Source: Pseudomonas phage vB_Pae-SS2019XI
Sequence record: MN536026.1
DNA: 57,567 nt
Reading direction: 5' to 3' (one strand)
Part shown: positions 39,081-45,284 of the stretch, one piece after another
How positions within the stretch are numbered: position 1 is the first letter of the stretch
Layout of the letters: each line of letters opens with the position of its first letter
Notes under the pieces: model-generated
The model's input: the letters and a program-made list of their open reading frames with translations, nothing else
What the model was told of the DNA's origin: nothing
Database searches by the model: none
Position numbers and translations under genes: made by a program

Positions 39081-39254
39081 GATCCGGCGAGGTTTTTCAA
39101 GTAAGCGGAGCCGCGGGGATCCGGCGAGGTTTTTCAAGTAAGCCAGGGGTTCCGCGCCGGGGAACGGGCCAGGTTTTTCAAGTAAGGACGAGAAGGAATC
39201 CGGCCAGGTTTTTCAAGTAAGAAAAATCTGTAGCGGCGGGGTCGGCGAAGTAAG
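39081..39254. repeat. iteron array: 4.5 direct copies of CCGGC(G/C)AGGTTTTTCAAGTAAG
   Basis: 25-bp units at 39081-39105 and 39118-39142 are identical. Further cores at 39171-39186 and 39206-39221, with a partial copy at 39247-39254. Spacing 33-44 bp. Lies between the divergent PL-like and PR-like promoters. Confidence 0.8.
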
Positions 39255-39400
39255 GGGGCTGGCGCAAGGAGGGGCGCGAAGCGGTACAGGCCGCCGGAGT
39301 GATAGGCCTGAACAGAGCGCGCCAGGTTGATACCGGCGCCGGCCAGGCGGGGCGGCCAGGTGGCGGGGAATAAAGAAAGGGGGAGTGGCTGGCGCTGCTG

Positions 39401-39430
39401 TTGACACATGGTTCATGTGCTGAGATAAAT
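39401..39430 (+). promoter_or_regulatory. rightward early promoter (PR-like) with embedded operator
   Basis: TTGACA (39401-39406)-N18-ATAAAT (39425-39430). Inverted repeat CACATG-gtt-CATGTG at 39405-39419 lies in the spacer. Confidence 0.5.
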
Positions 39431-39495
39431 ACGCCGTCGGTTTTCAACGGGCGGCATTCGACCCGCCGAACAACAAACGGTTGAGGATTCAACAG

Positions 39496-40005
39496 ATGGC
39501 TAAGAAATTGACCGAGCAACAGCAAGCAGTCGCCGACTTTCTGGCGGCCGCTGGCGTAGAGTTTTCCGTTATTCCGCGCTGTGCGACGAAGCGCGACGAC
39601 TGGGAATGCGACGAATGGGCGCCGCTGTTCCGTCGCGGTTCGGACCGTGAAGGCCACCAGATAGCGCACGCCTATTTCACGGGGATCGGGCACCGTAAAT
39701 CCGAACGGCCGATGCCGCCGGACATCGCCCGACTGGCGCCCCGCATTCTCGCCCGCGTGGAGTGGGAAAAGCGCCACCTTAAGCCGGTAGCGCCGTGCGC
39801 CGCTGACGTTCTTTACTGCCTGCTGTCGGACGCCAACGGCGCCGACCAGAATTTCAACGATTGGTGCGCCGACTTCGGTTATGACCCGGACAGCCGGAAG
39901 GCCCTGGCAACCTATGACGAATGCTCCAAAGTCCTGGCGGACGTGCGGGCGTTTTTCAGCGCCGCCGAACGCGAAAAGCTGGCCGAACTGCTGGAGGGCT
40001 ATTAA
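39496..40005 (+). CDS. hypothetical protein
   Basis: 170 aa from ATG 39496; GAGG 12 nt upstream; first gene of the rightward small-gene operon. Confidence 0.45.
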   Translation: MAKKLTEQQQAVADFLAAAGVEFSVIPRCATKRDDWECDEWAPLFRRGSDREGHQIAHAYFTGIGHRKSERPMPPDIARLAPRILARVEWEKRHLKPVAPCAADVLYCLLSDANGADQNFNDWCADFGYDPDSRKALATYDECSKVLADVRAFFSAAEREKLAELLEGY

Positions 40006-40007
40006 TC

Positions 40008-40217
40008 ATGGCGATTTTCACTGTTCGGTTCGACACGGATAACGAAGCCTTCGACGGCGCCGGTCGTGACTATGAGATTGCACGGATTTTGCGCGCTATC
40101 GCCGATAAGGTGGAGGGCTTCGGCTGTTCCGGATTCTTCGAAACCATACGCGACATCAACGGGAACGACGTCGGCCGCTTCGCCCTGAAGAACGCCGACG
40201 GCACCAACGGGGAGTAG
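40008..40217 (+). CDS. hypothetical protein
   Basis: 69 aa from ATG 40008, three nt after upstream stop. Confidence 0.35.
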   Translation: MAIFTVRFDTDNEAFDGAGRDYEIARILRAIADKVEGFGCSGFFETIRDINGNDVGRFALKNADGTNGE

Positions 40218-40222
40218 CCGCA

Positions 40223-40468
40223 ATGCCTTTCACTTTCGACGCAGCCGCCACCTTGCTTATTTACGTTTGCACGACTGCTGCCTTGGATGACTGCCAGATT
40301 TACGCAGTCGCCCAAGCGGACGGCCCCCGCGCCGCTGTGACCTGTTCCCGTGAATTGACGGCAGAGGCCGACCGCTGGCGGGCCGATGGGTTTAAACACG
40401 TCGCCGCCGTATGCGTGGACCAGCAGGGGCGGGACGTGACCGACATTGACGAAGTGCAGCGATTTTAG
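40223..40468 (+). CDS. hypothetical protein
   Basis: 81 aa ORF in the rightward small-gene operon. Confidence 0.35.
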   Translation: MPFTFDAAATLLIYVCTTAALDDCQIYAVAQADGPRAAVTCSRELTAEADRWRADGFKHVAAVCVDQQGRDVTDIDEVQRF

Positions 40469-40504
40469 TGCCCTCGAATCAACTTTCTATTGAGGTGACA
40501 ACAA

Positions 40505-40786
40505 ATGGAACTAACCGCATATCTCCAGCACGGCAAAGCCGGCGGCCCGTATCGGACCGAGCGTGTCCCGGTAATGGAACAGCCGGCCGAAATTGTCCCC
40601 GCTGCTCGCTCCCGCACCGGCTACGGCAAAGACTTGCCGACCCCGTACCTGATCGACTGGGAAGGGCTGCGCCGCCGGGTCTATGCCGTCTGCTATTCGA
40701 ACGTCGCCAGCTTCTACATCCGTACGAATCGCGACACGGACAACGGCGGCCGGATCTTCGTCACTATCGACCGGGAGGGCGCGTAA
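40505..40786 (+). CDS. hypothetical protein
   Basis: 93 aa; GAGGTGA RBS; preceded by the 21-bp repeat. Confidence 0.4.
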   Translation: MELTAYLQHGKAGGPYRTERVPVMEQPAEIVPAARSRTGYGKDLPTPYLIDWEGLRRRVYAVCYSNVASFYIRTNRDTDNGGRIFVTIDREGA

Positions 40787-41230
40787 ATGTCCATTCACGA
40801 CGAAATCAAGCGGCATATGGCCCTGGCGTTCTTCGGGTCCGCCTATGCTGATCAGGCCGAAGAATGCGGCCAGCCCCTGGCCGGTGAAATCATGGACCAG
40901 TTACCGGAAGCGATCGACCCGGCGGCCCTTCACGCGGCCGACACTCTGGCCGCGAGCATGTTGCACGCTAACGGCCTGAAGTCGGCGCCCTTCGACCTGG
41001 AATCGCTGTTCCTGCGCGCCGTCGAAATCGCCGAAAACAGCGACGACAAGGGCGACCGGGAACACTCGCCGGAAATGTTCGGGCACTACTGCGCCATGCA
41101 AGCTATGGGACACGGAGTCGGGCTTTCCGATGCCTTCGGGCGGCAGGTCTATGACGCCATCCGCGTGCCCTATACCGAGTTCGGGAGCTATTCCCTGGAG
41201 CGCGATTATTTCGCACAGGAGGGGGCTTGA
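40787..41230 (+). CDS. hypothetical protein
   Basis: 147 aa; start abuts upstream stop. Confidence 0.4.
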   Translation: MSIHDEIKRHMALAFFGSAYADQAEECGQPLAGEIMDQLPEAIDPAALHAADTLAASMLHANGLKSAPFDLESLFLRAVEIAENSDDKGDREHSPEMFGHYCAMQAMGHGVGLSDAFGRQVYDAIRVPYTEFGSYSLERDYFAQEGA

Positions 41231-41233
41231 GCT

Positions 41234-41431
41234 ATGGCCGCGAAAAAACTCGCCTACGTGACCGGCACAAGCCGCTGGGGTTACCAACTGAAGGTCGACC
41301 CGGACAAGTGCGCTGCAGAGTTTCAGCACATGTGCGGCCTGATGTTCACCTCATACCGCGCCGCCCAAGACATCGCCAATGCGATTAACGACAACATCCG
41401 CCGCAAAAGGAGTGCGCCCAATGGCCGTTGA
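41234..41431 (+). CDS. hypothetical protein
   Basis: 65 aa ORF in the rightward small-gene operon. Confidence 0.35.
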   Translation: MAAKKLAYVTGTSRWGYQLKVDPDKCAAEFQHMCGLMFTSYRAAQDIANAINDNIRRKRSAPNGR

Positions 41432-41720
41432 ACTGATGCGCCGCGCCGGCACCGAAGGGTGCAAAACCTATTGGCTAGACGTGCGTGGGCGGGGCGGTTT
41501 CCTGCGCGTGCATACGGCCTCTATCACGAATCCGCGCCAGGTCGATCCGGAGCTTGAACGCCTGGCCGCCATGGTTGAGGCGGCGCCCCAGCTGGCGCAG
41601 GCGCTGGCCGATCTGGCCGCCGCTTCCTGGCTGGAGCCGGACCCGTCCGATTCTGAGGAACTGGCGCAGGCAAAGCTCGCCGCTCTGGCCGCCCTGGCCG
41701 CCGCTACTGGGGGGAAATGA
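41421..41720 (+). CDS. hypothetical Ala-rich protein
   Basis: 99 aa from ATG 41421 (overlaps upstream gene). Confidence 0.35.
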   Translation: MAVELMRRAGTEGCKTYWLDVRGRGGFLRVHTASITNPRQVDPELERLAAMVEAAPQLAQALADLAAASWLEPDPSDSEELAQAKLAALAALAAATGGK

Positions 41721-42034
41721 TCATGCCTATTCGAGTTTCCCAGACCTACGAAATTGTCACGCCCGAAAGCGCCGAGGCCGGCGACGCGGGAGAAAGCGGC
41801 TTTGACTTCGAAAACGCGGAGTTCGGGCTTCGCGAACTGGTCGACTATATCGAAAGCAACGGGTTTACCGAGCCTAGCTGTTCGCAAGGCTGCCCGGATT
41901 GGGTCACTCAAGCGGATGGCGACTTGGACTATCAGACCGGCGCCGAAGAACGCAAATCCTTGCATCCTGGCCGTGACGACAGGTCTCGCCGCTACTGGGA
42001 AAAGGCGCTGCGTGCCGCCGGGGTGATCCAATGA
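41717..42034 (+). CDS. hypothetical acidic protein
   Basis: 105 aa; ATGA overlap with upstream gene. Confidence 0.4.
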   Translation: MIMPIRVSQTYEIVTPESAEAGDAGESGFDFENAEFGLRELVDYIESNGFTEPSCSQGCPDWVTQADGDLDYQTGAEERKSLHPGRDDRSRRYWEKALRAAGVIQ

Positions 42035-42237
42035 AAACCGGGAGCCGTAGCGATTTAACCAACATCTGGCGTTGGAATGCGCAGGCCGGCTACTGGGCCC
42101 TTGTGCGGGATGCATACCGGGAGAATGTGGCGCGCTGGCTTGAGATTTTCCGGTCCGATGAACCTGGAGTCGTGTTCAAAGCCAGTAAAAAGCGACCGCA
42201 CAAATCGCCGGGGGTAACGCATGGCGAAGAACGATAA
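42031..42237 (+). CDS. hypothetical protein
   Basis: 68 aa; ATGA overlap. Confidence 0.35.
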   Translation: MKTGSRSDLTNIWRWNAQAGYWALVRDAYRENVARWLEIFRSDEPGVVFKASKKRPHKSPGVTHGEER

Positions 42238-42445
42238 GTCGCCGCACCTGGCCGTGCCGCCGTGGTGGCCGTTCGTGCGCCTGGCGCTGGTCCTGCTGAC
42301 CCTAGGCGCCGCTATGTGGGCGTGCGGGGCGCTGTTGCTGGCGGCGCAACGGTTCGCCGCTGCAATGGTTGTCGCGGCCGCACTCGGCGTGCTGGGGGCG
42401 CTCTATCCGACCGAACTAAAGGAGGCCGAACGGAAAGACGAATAG
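42221..42445 (+). CDS. small membrane protein (two TM)
   Basis: 74 aa; WWPFVRLALVLLTLGAAMWACGALLLAA. Confidence 0.4.
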   Translation: MAKNDKSPHLAVPPWWPFVRLALVLLTLGAAMWACGALLLAAQRFAAAMVVAAALGVLGALYPTELKEAERKDE

Positions 42446-42451
42446 AATTAG

Positions 42452-42480
42452 TTGACACACGAATCATGTGTTTCTATATT
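42452..42480 (+). promoter_or_regulatory. internal sigma70 promoter with operator
   Basis: TTGACA (42452-42457)-N17-TATATT (42475-42480); CACA-cgaatca-TGTG at 42456-42471 in the spacer. Confidence 0.5.
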
Positions 42481-42523
42481 GTGCCTGTCGGCGATTCTGC
42501 CGCACAGATACGGAGCAAAAACC

Positions 42524-42904
42524 ATGAAAACTCAAGGCTTTTCGATCCACGCGAAAGAGCCGGACGGATGGCTTAAGGCGTGGGAAGTTCGCAAAGACGG
42601 CAAGCCGGTCGCACACTTCCGCTATCGCGACTGCGCGGAAAGCTACGTTGAAGACGCCCGCGCCATGCAAACCCCGGCGGCAAGCTATCGTTTCATTCCC
42701 GGCTTAGGCATGGTTGGCGCCGTCGTGGACGTGAAGGAAATACAGGTCCGCCCGTTCTACGGTCGCGCCATGCTGGCGTGGTTGTTCGAGGAATACGCCC
42801 ATTGGGCCCAGCAACCGGATCACGCCGCCACCCTGCGCGCCGAGCTGCGCAACGGCCGGCAAATGGTCCGCATGGTCGCCTTTGAACTCCGGCAGGGGGC
42901 ATGA
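42524..42904 (+). CDS. hypothetical protein
   Basis: 126 aa from ATG 42524 downstream of the promoter; GGAG upstream. Confidence 0.45.
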   Translation: MKTQGFSIHAKEPDGWLKAWEVRKDGKPVAHFRYRDCAESYVEDARAMQTPAASYRFIPGLGMVGAVVDVKEIQVRPFYGRAMLAWLFEEYAHWAQQPDHAATLRAELRNGRQMVRMVAFELRQGA

Positions 42905-43185
42905 CCATGCTGAACAAAACTGCCCTTCGATCCACCGCTTATCTTGTCCGCGTCAAGGCTGCAATCGTCGCTGCTGTGCGCTGCGCACATGCCCCCCATC
43001 GCTCGGCGCTGGGCATCGGCCATGGCGCCGTGACGGACAGGAAAGGTCGCTTTTCCCTGCGCGTGGTATGGCGCCGGGGTCACGGTCTGGAGATTTTCGA
43101 CCGCCAGGACCGTGACGTCACCGACGTCGTGTTGACCGCCCTGAAGGCGTTCCACATGACGGAAACGCGGGCAAGTGCTGCCTGA
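42901..43185 (+). CDS. hypothetical protein
   Basis: 94 aa; ATGA overlap. Confidence 0.35.
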   Translation: MTMLNKTALRSTAYLVRVKAAIVAAVRCAHAPHRSALGIGHGAVTDRKGRFSLRVVWRRGHGLEIFDRQDRDVTDVVLTALKAFHMTETRASAA

Positions 43186-43214
43186 CGAATCAACTTTCTA
43201 TTGAGGAAACAACT

Positions 43215-43472
43215 GTGCAGGTTCAATTTCTGTTGACGGTCTACCGGCCGGAGCCGAACGAAAACGCGGCAGAGGTGCGCAAGGCGCTAGCGAAAGCCGG
43301 CATTGCCGCCGCTGTTGAGCGGGTCGACTTCGACGCCCTGTTGACGGCGGCGCGAGCGGCGGCCGCGTCGCTACGCTGGCACCGCGACCAAGGTCACTTC
43401 GCCGGAATGGATGGCGTTTATCTGGAGAATCTGGAAGCGGCGATAAAAGGCGCCGAAGGGGGCGCCCCGTGA
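43215..43472 (+). CDS. hypothetical protein
   Basis: 85 aa, GTG start; GAGGAAACAACT RBS region; preceded by the second copy of the 21-bp repeat. Confidence 0.4.
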   Translation: MQVQFLLTVYRPEPNENAAEVRKALAKAGIAAAVERVDFDALLTAARAAAASLRWHRDQGHFAGMDGVYLENLEAAIKGAEGGAP

Positions 43473-43629
43473 ACCGTTCCGACCGTGAGGGCGCCGCCGT
43501 GGTCGCCGTGGTAGTGCTGGGGGCCGTCGCTGTCGCTGCTGTGCTGCTCGCCGTGGTAGGCCTCAACCTGCCGCATGTGGTCGCCGGATTCGCCCAAGGG
43601 CCGTAGTCGGCGGCCGGAACGCTAGGTTG

Positions 43630-44187
43630 TCAGCGGGAGCCCCACGGGAGCCCGTCCGCTTTGAACTCAACAGGAACCGCCCCAAAGTCGAAGAATGGTA
43701 GCTCAAGGGTTACCGTCTTCGACTTTTGCATTTGGGCGATGAACCGAGCGGCGCCGACAATGTGCAGGGCCCCGGTTTCGTAATTCTTCAGCTCCCCGCC
43801 CCATCGCTCGGCGGCGCCTTCGTCGAAGCGCACGCGAATATCACACGTCCCCATGCACCCGAACTGCCCACGCGGCACGCCCACGAAAGCCAGGGCCTTG
43901 CCGCTGGAGTCCTTGCCTACGGTCAACGTCAAGCGCTGCGCCCCCTCATAGGGCGGCGGCAGGGTAACCGCGTCACGCGACCATATGGTGGCGCTATAGG
44001 CTGTGCGGCCACTCATGCGGTCGGGCGCAGCCTGGAATATCCATGTGTCGGGCGACCCGTCGCGCAGGCTCAAGCCTTGATTGCCGCCTGGCCGCGTGTC
44101 CGTCGCATGGTCCGGCGGCGAGCTGGCGCAGCCGCTTAGCGCTGCCACCAGTCCCACCACGGCCAGGGAAAACCGCATAGTTCGCAT
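43630..44187 (-). CDS. lipoprotein (moron; superinfection-exclusion candidate)
   Basis: Signal peptide plus lipobox MRTMRFSLAVVGLVAALSGC; 185 aa; convergent with the rightward operon. Confidence 0.5.
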   Translation of the reverse strand: MRTMRFSLAVVGLVAALSGCASSPPDHATDTRPGGNQGLSLRDGSPDTWIFQAAPDRMSGRTAYSATIWSRDAVTLPPPYEGAQRLTLTVGKDSSGKALAFVGVPRGQFGCMGTCDIRVRFDEGAAERWGGELKNYETGALHIVGAARFIAQMQKSKTVTLELPFFDFGAVPVEFKADGLPWGSR

Positions 44188-44283
44188 TGATCCTTTCTCC
44201 CGTTCGGCGTGCTGTGCCGGCGACCATAGCCGCACCTGGCACAAAATGCCACGGCCGAACGCGGAACTGTGACGCGGGGCGGC

Positions 44284-44466
44284 CTAGTCGCGGGCGACCT
44301 GCTTCAGCCTGGCGGGCCTTGCTTGCTGCACACGTTCACGGAGTCGCTCTAGCTCCAGGTCCTGTTCTACCACGACAGCCCATAGCTCCCGAATGGCGGC
44401 GCGGCACTCGGCCAGTTCATCCCCAAGGCGTGCCGCTGTAGTGCGTCCCATTGCCTGACTCATCAC
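44284..44466 (-). CDS. hypothetical small coiled-coil protein
   Basis: 60 aa ORF immediately left of the AT-rich island. Confidence 0.3.
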   Translation of the reverse strand: MMSQAMGRTTAARLGDELAECRAAIRELWAVVVEQDLELERLRERVQQARPARLKQVARD

Positions 44467-44853
44467 TCACCCCTGCTGAGTACTGGTTATCCATACAGTA
44501 TATTCAGGACCGCATGCGTCGGCCTGTCAAGCTCCAGGGCGCAGGGATGCCGGCCGCCGTATGTGCAATGCATATAGGCGTGTTTCGTCGTGCCAGGTCG
44601 CCGCGTCGCCGTGTTTCGGCGTGCCTGTTTAACTAGAACGTTTATTTAAACCGTATATCTATCACTACCGTTCGTCGGTTTATCGGCCCGTTTACAGGCG
44701 TCGATTAACTGCCCGCCTAAGTGACCGGGTCCCTCCAGGGCCTTTTTTCGGCTGGGCGGGGGCGCTGAGCCGCGATCACGCATTTTGTCGATTTTCCGCA
44801 ACGCCACCTTTGGATTTCGGCGCGTACCCCGTCAAAAGGGCTGGACCCGGAAA

Positions 44854-45129
44854 CCCGGATAATCTGCTCATTCTCTATTTGGACAAAAAATATTTTTCTC
44901 TCCTTTTCCGAATCACTATTTTTTCCGGGACTATCCGGGACAGACTTTTCAGGGAAAATAAAAAGTATAGAGAAATCAACGTTTTGCGGAGTTGAGGAGG
45001 GGGAGGCACTTTGGCTGATTCAACGCAGGTAATTCCGCTGTCCCGGAAAAATGTGAAATTATCCGGGACATCTCAGGAAAATCATCAAAATGGCACACGG
45101 TTCATGTGTCTATAAACACGATTCGTGTG
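44854..45129. repeat. AT-rich island with (T)TATCCGGGAC(A) repeats and two CACA-N7-TGTG sites
   Basis: TCCGGGAC at 44924, 44934 and 45062, inverted at 45040. The 11-mer TATCCGGGACA is at 44932-44942 and 45060-45070, with an inverted ATTATCCGGG at 44854-44863. Operator-like sites at 45094-45108 and 45115-45129. Local GC is far below the genome average. Confidence 0.55.
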
Positions 45130-45230
45130 TCATTTATGTACGGGGAATGGGTCAGTTTTCGATGACTTTTATGCTGCGTCATACACAGAGTCGTAAACGG
45201 CACGATAAACCGATCTTCTGCCCAGCATTT

Positions 45231-45266
45231 AGCGAGCAAAAATAAACCCGCCATGTAGGCGGGTTT
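45231..45266 (-). terminator. rho-independent terminator downstream of primase-helicase gene
   Basis: AAACCCGCC-atgta-GGCGGGTTT 9-bp perfect stem (45244-45266), followed on the minus strand by AUUUUUG. Confidence 0.6.
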
Positions 45267-45284
45267 CGGGGGTGAAAGGGGAGG

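Noticed and set aside
39081-39254. CRISPR array interpretation of the direct repeats
   Set aside because: Spacers between the 25-bp units are only 12-19 bp and of unequal length. There are no cas genes or leader. The position between divergent promoters fits iterons.
25854-39400. Plus-strand ORFs in the leftward gene block (for example 26861..27559, 28010..28693, 30853..31707, 32843..33538, 34296..34901, 36455..37129, 37340..38281)
   Set aside because: All lie antisense to a continuous, translationally coupled series of minus-strand genes. Their translations are Arg/Pro/Gly-rich with no motifs.
38622-39777. ORFs 38622..39137, 38636..39100, 39134..39409 and 39178..39777 containing repeated YLKNLAGS/KNLAR peptides
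   Set aside because: The repeated peptide is the translation of the iteron array (GGTTTTTCAAGTAAG repeats). Only 38622..38969, from the ATG downstream of the array, was kept as a gene.
9295-43204. The CAAC-N5-GTTG motif read as an unusual Shine-Dalgarno or ribosome-binding element
   Set aside because: It has no complementarity to the 16S anti-SD. It occurs inside coding sequences and within a promoter spacer. Separate GGAG/GAGG elements usually lie between it and the start codon.
44810-44995. 61-aa plus-strand ORF inside the AT-rich island
   Set aside because: Low-complexity Lys/Phe/Leu-rich translation of AT-rich DNA, no RBS, and it overlaps the CCGGGAC repeats. Treated as non-coding regulatory or origin DNA.
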